A DNA stretch of 64,000 nucleotides from an uncultured Candidatus Saccharibacteria bacterium (GCA_964502345.1 CAZCWH010000001.1:167-64166), one strand, 5' to 3'. Counted from the stretch's first letter, positions 55,001-61,028 are shown. Notes: a model not told the origin generated them from the sequence alone. Translations and numbers: made by a program.

Positions 55001-58000
55001 CTTCATCTGTCCACATTGCAATCATTGCATCGGTTGGAGATGACGTTGCATTTAGTTTTCCGAGTACTGCTTCTCGATATGGTGGTTCATGGTTGACTGT
55101 ACCAGTGACAGAACTCACGATGTGTGTGTGGTTAGCAGACGCAGTATTTACCAAATTGTCACCTGCCGCTGCGGTAGTAAAGTTTCCTGTCGCCACAAGA
55201 CTTCCGGTAATACTGTGCGTGTGTGTATTAGAACTACTTGCGGTTCCTACCGTCGTTGTTGCTGCACCTCGTATATACCTTCCATCTTGTGCGGAATACT
55301 GTGTCCAACCAGTTGGAACGGCCGCATCAAAAATCGCAATGGCTCCCGCTGGGATTGTTGGTGGTGAACCAGCAGAATTGTACTGAATCACTACTAATTC
55401 CCGATAGGCGGGAAGATTGTTATCAGTTGAAATTGTGGGAGTATATGTGTGTGCGTGAGCAACTGTAGGCACATTCGTAGCACCTCCACCACCAGAGTTT
55501 ATTGACGTACTTGAAGCAGAGGCGGTAACTCCACCCGTTGCAGTGTGTGTGTGTGTCGAGACCCCACCATTAGTACCTGCAGTAGAAGAACCCTGAATGA
55601 ATCGTTGATAGAACACGTCCCCTGGCAGACACGATACACAGGTCCATCCTGATGGGATGTTTGTCCCGTCCCAGTACAAGAGCATATTTCCTGTCGCATC
55701 TGAAGCAATCTGCCACTGTCGGTGTTCAACAAATACAATATTTGTGGATGTAGCAACAACAAGAGGGGCGTCCCCAGTCGCAACTTCATCAAGAACAACG
55801 GTGCTGGTAGCCGTTTCTACATCTTCTTCCATTTCAACACCAGTATCTTCCGGGATTATTTCTTCTTCTAACAAAGGTACAGATTCATCTTCCACCTCAG
55901 TAGTAAACTCTGTTGTTTCAGCTTGTGTGAATAAGAACTTACCGATAACTTTCTTAAAGACCGAGACATACGATGATTCGTCACCCTCAGTCTGAAGAGA
56001 TGATTCGGTTGGTTCGGGAGCTACTTCCTCTTCTGGAGCCTCAGCTTCAGACTCAGTCGAAGGAACAGGTTCTGGTTCTACAGGGGTTTGCTCAGGTGTG
56101 ATTTCACCTGTCTCGCTCTCAACTGTAGACGAATCATCTGTTGGCACAGGCTCTGATGTTTCAGGAGTTACTGGCTCTACCGGAGACTCGTCTACCACTG
56201 GAGTGGATGATGCTTCAGGCTCGATAGGACTCTGTGTATCAGGTTCCATAGAACCTGATACATCAACCGGACCCTGACCTTCCGTGCCCTCCTCTATGAC
56301 TTCTGGTGACTGCACTTCCTCCCCAGTAACGGCAGCAACTGGCTCAATTTCATTTGAAATAAGTTGAGCGGGGCCAAGCTCATAGAGATATGGTGATATA
56401 TCGGGAGCATCAAATTCATACGAGACCGTAAGGCTCGAACTACTCGCCATATCCACCTTCCAGACGAGTTCAGTGTAGCTTTCCTGTGGTCTGATCTCTG
56501 CATCAGTATTAAATATTGCAAAACTTTTTGGTACACGCTCGACTATCTCACCAGTAAATGATCGACGCAGTGCATGGACGGTGAGTTCCATTGCGTATGG
56601 TGACGGTGGATAAATTCGAGTTGGCCCACTGCGCTCAATCACAATAGGTTGATTGCTTGCTACAAAGAACGTCTCTAGCGTATGTGAAATTACACTTCCA
56701 GACTCATCGACTCGCTCAAGGTACATTTCGTATTCACCTGGAACTCCTGTTACAAATTGGCTGCTGTAGTCCGGAACATCAATGACATTGTTTCCATTAC
56801 AGTAACCCGAAGGGAGAACTTGTGTGCTCGATATAAAGCCATTTGGGTCAGAAATGTATAGATTGAGATTTGCGTCACAGAGTGTATTTCCATTTGAGGT
56901 AAGCGCACCCATTGAAATATCTGCAACATCACCACTTTCATAGGTCGTTTGATTGCTGTTGATTGAGAGAAGTCCCCACTGGAATTCAAATGTATCAGTC
57001 GAGACGAGTCCTCCTTCATTGATTTCGAGCTCAACGGTGTAGATACCCGGGAAAAGCTGTTCTTTATCAGCCTCTGTCAACACAACTGAAATGAGCCCCT
57101 CTTGTGTGACCGTTACCTCAGGTGAGATCTCAACTTCCTCCCCTTCATTGTGGACAAATTCCACAGACTCTACTGTTGCCAGATCTCGTCCAAAGAAACT
57201 CCTAAACGCCTGCACGAGGAAATTACGTTGTGAGTTGTACCGGAGATTAAATTGTGGCAATTCCTCACGAAGGAAATCAAGTTTCTCACTCAAGAGTTCC
57301 ATACTCACAGGGCCATCCAAGTGCTTCAACATTTCATCAGATGAAAATCGTTCCTTGAGAAGTTCCTTATCAAATACGACCGTCCCAACCTCAAGCCACG
57401 CAGCATCTATGTAGAGAGACTGAAGTTGTTTCACGTCTCCATCAAATGAAATCGTGATGACAAGTTGCTTGAGAAGCTCTGGGTCTGTTATTGATGGGAG
57501 TGGAATGAGGTAATAGCCACCATTAATCGCATTCGATATTTCAGCATCAAGTAATATGCTTCCCGCATCTCGAGAGAATTCTCCAAACGAATATTCTACA
57601 GAAACGAACCCGGGCTTCTGTCCATTACTCATGTCATATTGACCAGCGAGCGAGAGACGAAGTTGTAAATTATTAATAAACTGTCCGGAAGCGAGCCCTG
57701 GGATACCAAAATTACTCAAAGTAATCTGTGGAGCAGCATTTGTTTCTTGTATAGGTTGAGCAACTGTTTGTCCACCAGTAGGTGCAGGTTCTTCGTCCTC
57801 GATTGAAGAGGTCGCTTCTTCAGCTGCTGGCAATATTTCTTCAGTCTCAGTTACGACTTCATCAGAAATAGTTTCTTCGGGTATTGAACTACTGGTCTCT
57901 TCCTCTGCAATAGGGATCTCTTCAGATGTTAATTCCTCCTCATTCAAAGGCTCGGAAGATTCCTCGTTAGTTTCCAAGATAAGTTCAGTCGTTTCAGCTT

Positions 58001-58766
58001 GCGTGAACAAGAACTTACCGACAACTTTCTTAAACACTGAGAAATAGGAAACTTCCTCCGGTGCTATTTCAGGAGAATCATTACTTGATTGCGAATCAGA
58101 TTCCTCGACAGCTGGAACGACTGTTTCTGTGACTGGGTCTTCTTCAGGTATTTCAGGAGAAACATCATCCTGCGGAGCTTGAGTATCACCTTCTGCATCT
58201 GGTAAATTCTCATTCTGCTCTGCATTACCCTCCTCAGTGCTATCTACTGACTCAGACTCGACCGAAGTATCCTCATCTGCTGTTCCAGAGTTTGAATCAG
58301 CATGTTGCAGCGCATACTCCCGATCAATGTGTGCAGAATTACTCGTATTAAACTCATGCGTAAGTGACTGCTCACTCAAATCCTGATTATTCACTGTCTG
58401 CACATTCAACCATCCTTGAGAAGAAATATCTGAAGGATACACATCAATGGACTCATTCTGAGGTTTAAAACTGCTTTCCTTTTTGGCTTGTGCAACAGAT
58501 GCATCGAATGAAGAGAGAAGCGTAAATGAAAGCAGAACACAGAAAGCAACGCATGCGAAGAGGACTTTTCTCTTACTGCGCTGAATATTTGTAACATGAG
58601 AAAAATTAAAAATTTCAACAAAATTTGTTACATACTTAATTTTTTGTGTACTAAAATCAACAAAACGCCACAGCTTTGATTCCAGCGCTCTAAATATGAT
58701 TATTTTATTGTCCGCTCTTGTTTTTCTTGAGAAAAATCTCATCAACTCAACAAGCAACCCGACCAC
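37020..58766 (-). CDS. Giant (about 7250 aa) mosaic surface protein/adhesin: acidic N-terminus, tail-fibre-like HxH repeats, FN3-like domains, DUF2341 + LamG domains, beta-solenoid-like G/T/S repeats, C-terminal WxL/pilin-like domain
   Basis: 21.7-kb uninterrupted ORF; hydrophobic segment ending AQA near residue 93 (true start uncertain). Motifs YYWRVRAK (FN3-like), DGSDIRVT/FYIYYGN and DFDDLRFT/YMYYG (DUF2341), WYH...FDGRIDEVR (LamG). Confidence 0.9.
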   Translation of the reverse strand: MVGLLVELMRFFSRKTRADNKIIIFRALESKLWRFVDFSTQKIKYVTNFVEIFNFSHVTNIQRSKRKVLFACVAFCVLLSFTLLSSFDASVAQAKKESSFKPQNESIDVYPSDISSQGWLNVQTVNNQDLSEQSLTHEFNTSNSAHIDREYALQHADSNSGTADEDTSVESESVDSTEEGNAEQNENLPDAEGDTQAPQDDVSPEIPEEDPVTETVVPAVEESDSQSSNDSPEIAPEEVSYFSVFKKVVGKFLFTQAETTELILETNEESSEPLNEEELTSEEIPIAEEETSSSIPEETISDEVVTETEEILPAAEEATSSIEDEEPAPTGGQTVAQPIQETNAAPQITLSNFGIPGLASGQFINNLQLRLSLAGQYDMSNGQKPGFVSVEYSFGEFSRDAGSILLDAEISNAINGGYYLIPLPSITDPELLKQLVITISFDGDVKQLQSLYIDAAWLEVGTVVFDKELLKERFSSDEMLKHLDGPVSMELLSEKLDFLREELPQFNLRYNSQRNFLVQAFRSFFGRDLATVESVEFVHNEGEEVEISPEVTVTQEGLISVVLTEADKEQLFPGIYTVELEINEGGLVSTDTFEFQWGLLSINSNQTTYESGDVADISMGALTSNGNTLCDANLNLYISDPNGFISSTQVLPSGYCNGNNVIDVPDYSSQFVTGVPGEYEMYLERVDESGSVISHTLETFFVASNQPIVIERSGPTRIYPPSPYAMELTVHALRRSFTGEIVERVPKSFAIFNTDAEIRPQESYTELVWKVDMASSSSLTVSYEFDAPDISPYLYELGPAQLISNEIEPVAAVTGEEVQSPEVIEEGTEGQGPVDVSGSMEPDTQSPIEPEASSTPVVDESPVEPVTPETSEPVPTDDSSTVESETGEITPEQTPVEPEPVPSTESEAEAPEEEVAPEPTESSLQTEGDESSYVSVFKKVIGKFLFTQAETTEFTTEVEDESVPLLEEEIIPEDTGVEMEEDVETATSTVVLDEVATGDAPLVVATSTNIVFVEHRQWQIASDATGNMLLYWDGTNIPSGWTCVSCLPGDVFYQRFIQGSSTAGTNGGVSTHTHTATGGVTASASSTSINSGGGGATNVPTVAHAHTYTPTISTDNNLPAYRELVVIQYNSAGSPPTIPAGAIAIFDAAVPTGWTQYSAQDGRYIRGAATTTVGTASSSNTHTHSITGSLVATGNFTTAAAGDNLVNTASANHTHIVSSVTGTVNHEPPYREAVLGKLNATSSPTDAMIAMWTDEAPLGWGDLSGPSDPFENRFVKASTTYGGTGGAATTTHSNITVTSQGPSGTQTRDLVTIDNTVTTNAHTHQVDVTNFSAVATIPPFRTAVFAKRDVGGAVPEAPTTIALFDNEQTGTSTPSFTFTANDPDGSDTLVYQFQWDDDVDVGTSPVGDRTSDNESGCTPNCFSNTASSTDTHPYTENEQMRFTIQTALTNGVTYYWRVRAKETVGNIWGEWSSVRSFTYTTGIDPSTWFQTEGSQFERGTLTNTASTSGTAQLATTSTAVPTVVSGWRVATTSPGASLVLTKPSNVEIGDLLMIIVGNDDNTANAQWNNTTLKPTGFTLINESGNTTSDTHTAAFYRVADGTEGATTSVPAQISADYWGYYIRVTGASTTNPINVVGADNDDAGAVSHAVTSVNTTVNNTLAFYVISGDGDDTYPFSVSGTGWSESAEVQVGAGGNGSAGTWGTRSMVTAGATGAATVAFSVNDSSSGFQFAINPSHVKGTVMSPEVDFDSVSGQSDWGVVTWNTTEPTHTDTRLQLFYTSTLACDTILPDSALPGNSTGFDVTASELFINTLSTTTYNRICLRMTFDLGFGTTSPSLNDWTVDWAVPNQIPYTPNLALYPAFNNLRATTTRPTLGGFAATDFEGDAMEFELIVSTSSNLTSPILTKQSSNYPTDAGWSASTFASGATTTYALQAGDELTVGTTYWWAVRARDPSGTNTWSATSTARSMSVNTFIGVPEWYQTTDAQFDEATLSNATTSGDSVEIETIGTPSTVITTQADWLQQYASTAYPAGTVNASYAIAAGTDRMLVVAIGSTRTTVGTQSVSVTYGGQAMTLAVGDATNATNRNHTYIFYLNDAGIAAASGDDLDVTITGGTSYYNYVYAAVFAGVDQTTVVTDARNYFSGATANATVGPFSAGLTINQGDQAIEVINLARSTAGAGVRTVTTWSNATWPSPSSVAATYVPGTNWGLGFHINNRNVTTAGTEASGHTASAAGTHDSMSGISLKVAGTGSQGTIMSTEVDHDSVPNQSTWGEVSWSVTEPAGSETRMRLYYSSTTVCDTIITDGALPGNSTGFTSDTSPLDISTLSTTTYNRICLQMELQQDSASTSPILEDWTVSWVLSPQFVQQDYQWYVNAASTTPTDIWPVGGVDLNENEAIDSSSAVLNADVLRLRMSLVGSSTNASADSELFNLQYAEGDTCSVDLTWYDVGDAASTTALWRGYENGIAMDDWYDENWSSRTRITIQASQIDAGLTNFPVYVNLDDLSSAFFSTVKTDGSDIRVTESDGVTEVPIELVSIDTSGTDGELYFRATSVSSTTDTTFYIYYGNSGASAYASTSPYGARSVWSNGYILVSHMNDLTTSVVENSAGTLNGVKTSAGNPAEVSTGPVSEAQDFSLDLIQYTGTMLTNATQYAVSLWFNPDALTGGGDLGTYGLSLYGISPTAAPYQWLTAGGTGNLTELRLCAYEDTATTCVPTSGAGLATGNWYHTSVNAIDGGTTTVRVNGVQRLSYINGSENNVGANFTIGDLRGTPQRNIGFDGRIDEVRVSTTTRADAWRDAEYRNMATSTDFYTVSDESMGGSADGYELTSLLLTDSDVLETYEEGNPTVPNPNAINVGEAAEWDFALQNNDATPGAQYCFRMVNADGTELDTYTQFPTLVTNASPLIEDMFAPFDNEKLASTSPWFEFIGYDENGDEVDYQIQIDNDYAFSSTVIDTDSETNLDDFLNIATPSDKTPFNNYARMRYTIPSSLSNGVTYWWRVRSKDASGSAAYGDWSTPQSFTVDTSLTVSTWYQTTEEQFETNTHDGTEATASDLVAFASGSTVATTTSTAIDFSDATIGNVWGELSFNETGSANDILYHIEYENDGDWFLIPDSALSGNAAGYDSSPVDLSGLDVTLYDVIRIRANFRTGAPTLLDWTLAWAESIEVPTLSAPFDNEKFATTSPTFGFSSSDPENDDIEYEVSWSTDYNFATGSTTRNSSTSPTGFVNLVNGGDTNPFDSGDTISYKIQPGDALSASTTYWWRARAKDPSGSDNFSTWSEPWSFTTATSGEPVQVSTWFQTLGLQFDKGTLSGVDAATNSVGIGGGIVVESGWTSNTAIPGSSLTLTKPSGVVSGDLLLILVGSDDNSATAQWNDTTLKPSGFTLINESGNDTVSDAHAAAFYRVANGSEGTTINVPAQSSDDFWGFYIRVTGASTTDPINVIGADYNGGSAASHAVTGITTTEDQSLAFYLLSGDGGDVYPFTVSGTGWTESDEIQAGGGTANASGVWGTQLVASAGGTGAATVGLSVADSATGFQFAVNPAVLSSGSIKSDTIDFDDGSGPGWGELSWRDSEPGGSEVRYQIEFLNGLGVWGLIPDSALPGNSTGFTTSPIDLEALNTTTYNQIRIVGNLNCSGANCPTLDDWTVTWIAGFTVSGTALEYDGVSSTTAGTVAVAVNGVLQSGATGAILGDGTWEIENIPLFSGDVITTFISGANDVDEAVGVTVFDGTPDVTGMRLQKRHLTIGSNDFVTATNTQIGMYDYTNDEDLFFDVNAGNDLTMCADTGCTDASIVVLTRNTYAPGTGADVTTHDLRNYGTFTAGSNSIRVSGSWDNNATTTMTGSTVIFTATSSTESIDETGSVTSGFNNVTFGETSGTATWNTLSTLDVDGNLGVSFGTLARGTTSIFVAGNLTIGASGYWTGMGTTTFDGINPSTWTDNNAVKQNVGRVLVDGTTKTLVLGSNVTMQSMTIGANDAFDASITGFSASVYEDWINNNTFTARTGTVSFIATTTNRIITTGSSAFYNLTFSGVGGSWSFTAPTLTVSNHLTIATGTVTLPTATTTVAGSFLNTGGVFAHNNGTVVMSSTAGGRSITQSGGTFLNAFYNLVFTGSGSWAFTESNATTSNTFRIQAGTVTLPSGTLTVSGDFTTTGTGAFTHNSGEVIFVVQNSKTVSTNGSSFNNVRTRGGIATSWYNDSWTRRIPITIQASQIDAGLTNFPVYVNLDDLSSAFFSTVKTDGSDIRVTESDGVTEVPIELVSIDTSGTDGELYFRATSVSSTTDTTFYIYYGNSGASAYASTSPYGARSVWSNGYTLVSHMNDLTTSVVQNSVRTITGVKTDTAGSPVSNNPLEVSTGRVKKAQSFDTTPIQYTGSFLNGQTQYNVSMWFNPDTLAGAAPQETNTYGYSLYGVSTAGVYDWTSVGGTPAPDEVCVRAFTTVTTCNVTTGADLVAGNWYHVSINAVRNSTVTTRVNGVARGSFTAGNSDPTANFTISGLRPNRVPPISFDGRIDEVRVSTTTRADAWRDAEYRNMATSTSFYTAGGEESSRSRRFSDTNTTILGNYISELGGDAVFPTGVLSIGGSFDNNAIFDANGGTVRFNSSGGSETIAAGTSAFSTLDFNSASGDFTVTESATGTVAVSLTNVSQFTLNSGLTLTASGTFTHAANGSNTTWTGSTLRLTGGDSALNSKSHAGDVYGTLLVVGDTDISMWNSSANTYSTLDTASIYSQDHSAVDGDLYIFGDYTRTSGTEHWSYATDFDGTALGGSSRQVDVRLASGTSATLSGSTFSMIGSSTATTTVANQGSGTYVVIASSTATTFNNYEFSNLGTAGVTFRGAGTISSLNDGFVKPGISAGTGFTVASSSINANPGFQIYRVNFSTTTAISATNVTQTDGTPTSYWWFRDSTGNIDGEAFDNDTGDPGSVRWDDSSLVITVSGVVYSDDGVTRMGNPVCDDVTANIRIVVQGGSSYTGTCASANGSFSIPGVVVVGDPVVTVYLNTNGGAKGTVVTRTPISDITDLDIYQNRVITRHEDTEPMTILKMSAYDNDNDSDISFVAATGTLTVLANTELHIASSSTFAPDGNITINGNASSTAFDGSLHIDNNAIFTGSASSTYTIGGSFTMDDGATFASASTTVIMNATTTGKTITTTGTQEITFNTIEFNGLGGGWNINGDIRALQDIDVTLGTVTGTADITVVNGSLSGNGVLSMGSGTTTIYQTNTLGGTTAWTLANLVLGNGSIIGTTTPGSNATTTILGKLTINTAHYLDAGSSLWNLSGTGNVFVESGTFLEDTSTVRYSGAGATNVISTTYYNLDLKAQGSSPTYTGTGLGIIVSNNLTVGGPNATTFTLDTSDPAFDVNGNITIDSTGTLIGSASANFTVAGSWDNNGTYTGSSGTVTFDGAGTPSIAAGNSPFANLTINGSGAFTVSEPATTTGAFSLTNAGSFTLASGQSLAVGGLFTNGQGGGVTTWTSSVLHFYGSGSYSINASTTSDTYEKLSVGSGTQIRMWNSTAGTYDTHANGSLYSQDHGGVNGDLYIYGAYSKTSGTDYWSYTTDFDGTNISGTPRNVDVYIRGGGSVLYTGGGLSVLGLDSASTTIQNQGSGTYSFRIGGSASTTWSYYDMQDMDASGLTLSGTPNVVTLAYGDITVSQNSGTAMTVGGTVITQNPAKTFTNNYFATSTGITPAYNVTATGTTASSWRFTNHAGSIDGEDFDVDPDGNPGYIVWDNSSSSITVSGTVYSDEGTTPMGVSVCDGSTQSIHLRVGGLTSYTGSCNGSGLYSIPGVLYSPNDSLVVYIDGETEKAATVTEDPVSNITGLDLYENRVIVRHESSDPLSIVDMSLWDSSDDADIPFTAVDGTPDTLTLPANRKLIVWTGKEFEPNGNITVTGGGGGSAYDGTLELYTNAVFDATGSETHSIGGSLISGTGASIDDETSTFVFTTSGAGRTVDTNSSSLYDATFNGSGSWTVTNTTFDIGNDFTVAQGTVTLPSATTTVTGSLSVTGGSFTSSGGTMVFNSGSAETIRPRSSSFGTLVVNGVGSFSLQGGYATTTGDVRIVDGSFTSATGTLTIGGNFINSDVFVHGSGELRFTSAGAVVVTASTSDLYSTTFAGGGAYTFTNTNVALLGSLTIQSGAVTLATGTMSIGGSLLNTGGSFNNASGSILFNSSDTGEIINPGNSLFHNVTLASGGGGWTISANATTTGNFSLTSASSFTQSSSTRLYVGGVFTNLVGGAPTTWTGSTLVINSGSSYTINSKSAGGDTYNNIRVGSSTELRAWDSTGTITITDSESSFYSQDHAGVSGVLYIYGDYERTAGADYWSYATDFDGTALGGSSRQVFVYIAANATTTLQGGSLNIVGASGFDTTISNQGSGTYAIDILGGTLNALYYSFANMNVDGLKLSGLTTVSSLTEGNFTLAVNGGSLITLSSTTLNYNAGLFVTGVAFATTTAITGANVELSGSTPSAWTFVSHTGNFDGEAFDIDGGDACGSIRWDDSNCILIEQSAYRFRNDDGGEGVPNSEWFDFDWSKRKRVTVTNSDPVTYHDVAVKVIVPYDSDMQADFDDLRFTEEDGLTAVEHFTESYTASTQAVVWVKVPTLATSTTATVYMYYGEGTVSDGSATSTFDFMDNFEDGNISEYTGDTGDFSVVGSSAYERTYRLEAFDQTNSKTDQNMRNLGVTVAQGQTLRWLQYIDTVSGAADESCTHFGVQTGATSYAVCLELFGVDRLSISENATHRDTSGTVLASTTVTYSTGWYEVEVDWDTDDSIYVRLSKNGSVVATTSATDSSYTSGGVGFTLWGYHGGWDIYSARPLMATAATTSLGGEQVPGGATWTSARNTPASGIDIGETARVRFLVENSGTPVSAQNYEIEFAPKGAAPSCESVDYNDYVEVPNVASCGTSDICMVSSSNITDLESTTDLLGGSGVFTPGQVVEDSSNNTGSLDVDSGEFTELEYVIAPTINVSDSNYCFRVTNEGAELDAYTKVAELSLVFTPVVTSLSLNGGNDITLSPGATTTIYATGTVSDLNGYGDLNLATTTMFRSSVLSSCTSDPNNCYIASPTQCVFENCSGSSCDVTCSADFYYHADPTDVGTYAGQTWRAELSVSDQSGAIATGTAPSIDLLTLRAITVDSTINYGALEVNNDTGSYNATTTVENIGNDALDIAIAGTDLTDGNSSLIPVNEQIFATSTFTYTTCTFCSQLSASSTNYELDLTKPTSTTPSVSDQLFWGIAIPFGVAGNPHQGTNTFYAIGD
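45829..46151. repeat. 323-bp direct repeat, copy 1 (DUF2341-coding), inside the giant gene
   Basis: Identical by eye to 50998-51320 (offset 5169, in frame). Confidence 0.92.
50998..51320. repeat. 323-bp direct repeat, copy 2
   Basis: Identical by eye to 45829-46151. Confidence 0.92.
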
Positions 58767-58849
58767 TTTATTAGAGTGGGGGCTAATTGTAATTATAGCG
58801 CGCTAAACGTTCGTTTAGTGCGCTATGACTGTGGATTGGAATGTATTTG

Positions 58850-60382
58850 TTACTTTAGAATTTTATTGACGTCACTTATTTCCTTTTCTATAAGCGTCTC
58901 AGAGACTTCGAGTGCCTGATTGAGGCCTTCTACAGCTTCACGCTCCTTCTTTGATAGTCGTTGTTTCTTAGTAATGAGGTTAATCTGATCGTAAATTTCG
59001 TCACGAAGTGCAGAGAATATCTTTTCCATCTGGTCCTGAATTTCCTTCGTCTCTTTACGAAGTTTGTGCTCCTTCTGGTCATGCTGCTTTCGTAGATAAA
59101 TCATATACCCTGTCTGGCAGAAGAAAAGGATTATGAGGAGCATAATTATGAGATTCTTTCCCTTGAAGAAATCCCAAATTGAACTTTCATCAATAACCGC
59201 TGATGGAGGAAGCCATCCGGCAGTAATAAGGACAGGGACAGTTGAACGCATCTTATTGCCTGCAAAGTCATATGCTACAACCTCAACAGTATATGTTCCG
59301 TCCTCGAGCTTATTGAGAAGGTAACCAAGTTTCGCCTCATCAGGCGTTACTTCAATCATCTCTTGGTCGGCGATGGTCATTTCGTATCGCTCAATACCTG
59401 AAGTTTCATCTTTTGCTTCAAAGGTGAGCATCGGGAATGATGTAGGTGAGTTGCCAGCACGCACATTTATCGTAAATGGCTGCGGAGGTTGCGTATCAAT
59501 CTTCAACATTCGATGCAGAATACCTCCCCACCCAACCTGATTCTTAAATTGAAGCGTCAAGTACTGCACTCCTTCAAAAAGTACTTCATCATTAGTTGTA
59601 AACTCTTCAATCGGAGGGTCATATCGGGTGACTGGTGTAAAGTCTGATGACGTTGCAATATCGAGCGCTACTTCAGTAACATCAAATGGAAGCGTCCAGG
59701 TAAAAATACCAGTCTTGGTTGAATACCATAATTCAGGATCTAAAAATGTGGTTGAGCCTGCCTCTGGAGCGCGGGGTGGATCACCAAATGTAATAGTTGC
59801 ATCGTCAGATGGCTCTTCTGCAACAGGCTCTTCTTCGGATGGTGGAGGTGTTACCGGTGCGGTTGCCGCGGTTACTGTATAGCTTGCTGGATTTCCACGT
59901 GTATAGACATCAGTGCCGAGGCCGTCAGCCGCAAGCACTGAAGCTGACGCAACAGTGGCTGCGCCTGTTCCTTCCGCAAGTGTTTTAAAGGTTACAGCAA
60001 TCAGGGTTGACCGTGCAGTGAACGGTGTCGGACTTCCTCCTCCAAAGTCAATGGTACCAGCACTGTTTGAAAAGGTTGGTTCTGTTGTCCATAGTGAAAA
60101 TACTGAACCAGTTTTTGAAACACTTACCACCGAGAGCTTTGTATTATCAAATGACAATTTCGCTTCAACCGCATTGACACTTTTACCCTGTGGATCAACC
60201 TGCACCGTCACCGTGAACGATTGTCCAATTGCATAACTGCCCGTTGATGGCGAAAAGTTGATTTCCGCCGCATGTGCAAACGTCGCTGCACCAAAAAAAC
60301 CGAGTGCAAGCACCGTGAGGTAAAATATTTTTCTAAATTGATTTAAATGAACTGAAAGAACCATAAACGTAAGACACATCAC
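58850..60382 (-). CDS. Cohesin-domain protein with Ig/FN3-like domains, TM and cytoplasmic coiled coil (paralog of 23660-25405)
   Basis: INFSPSTG...VNAVEAKLSFD...SVFSLWTTEPTFSNSAGTIDFGGGSP...VLAADGLGT; tail ...LIEKEISDVN. Confidence 0.87.
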   Translation of the reverse strand: MMCLTFMVLSVHLNQFRKIFYLTVLALGFFGAATFAHAAEINFSPSTGSYAIGQSFTVTVQVDPQGKSVNAVEAKLSFDNTKLSVVSVSKTGSVFSLWTTEPTFSNSAGTIDFGGGSPTPFTARSTLIAVTFKTLAEGTGAATVASASVLAADGLGTDVYTRGNPASYTVTAATAPVTPPPSEEEPVAEEPSDDATITFGDPPRAPEAGSTTFLDPELWYSTKTGIFTWTLPFDVTEVALDIATSSDFTPVTRYDPPIEEFTTNDEVLFEGVQYLTLQFKNQVGWGGILHRMLKIDTQPPQPFTINVRAGNSPTSFPMLTFEAKDETSGIERYEMTIADQEMIEVTPDEAKLGYLLNKLEDGTYTVEVVAYDFAGNKMRSTVPVLITAGWLPPSAVIDESSIWDFFKGKNLIIMLLIILFFCQTGYMIYLRKQHDQKEHKLRKETKEIQDQMEKIFSALRDEIYDQINLITKKQRLSKKEREAVEGLNQALEVSETLIEKEISDVNKILK

Positions 60383-60840
60383 TGCTCCTTTGTACGTGCT
60401 CGACTTATCTTTAAACGAACCTTCTCCTTTTCTTCAGGTCGCAGAAGAGGAAGGATAAGGACCAGTACTCCATTCTTAATCTTTGCCTCTGCACCCTCAA
60501 TATCAACACTTTCTGGTAAGATGATTCGTCTATAAAAATCGCCCCAGACGCATTCTTCAGTAAAGAAAGCACCTTCAGGCTTTTTCTTTGGGAATGCCAA
60601 ATGTTCTGGGCGCAACCGCTTACCCTCAATAAGCACAACATCGGCATCACCCTCAATAGACACATGAATATCGGTGAGCTCAGCCCCGGCAGCTTGTGCA
60701 TATACGGTAATAAGATCAGTCGTCTGAAATACATCGACATCGAGTTGCACAATCTTATCAAGTGCCGTTTCTTCTTCGCTCGATTGCAGACGTTGTTCAG
60801 TTCGAATACCTCTTCCCTTGAGTCTTTGCAAAAAGGACAT
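60379..60840 (-). CDS. Hsp20/alpha-crystallin small heat-shock protein
   Basis: LDVDVFQT, EECVWGDFYRRIILPESVD, AKIKNGVLVLILP. Confidence 0.93.
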   Translation of the reverse strand: MSFLQRLKGRGIRTEQRLQSSEEETALDKIVQLDVDVFQTTDLITVYAQAAGAELTDIHVSIEGDADVVLIEGKRLRPEHLAFPKKKPEGAFFTEECVWGDFYRRIILPESVDIEGAEAKIKNGVLVLILPLLRPEEKEKVRLKISRARTKEQ

Positions 60841-61028
60841 ACGATATCATTCTACTTGAAATGTTCAAAATATTACTGCGACTTATACACAAATGTTGCT
60901 TTAAGAAGATATCAGAAAAATGCTGACAGAAATTACTATCGCTGCAACTCCGAGGGGCGGTACACCTTTCGCAGAGATTGGCCCAGGCCACTCTCTCTGC
61001 CTACTGCATTCACCTTGTGTTCAAGGTC

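Noticed and set aside
54725-55690. Prophage
   Set aside because: The tail-fibre-like repeats are in frame within a cellular surface protein; no integrase, terminase, capsid or portal genes are seen.
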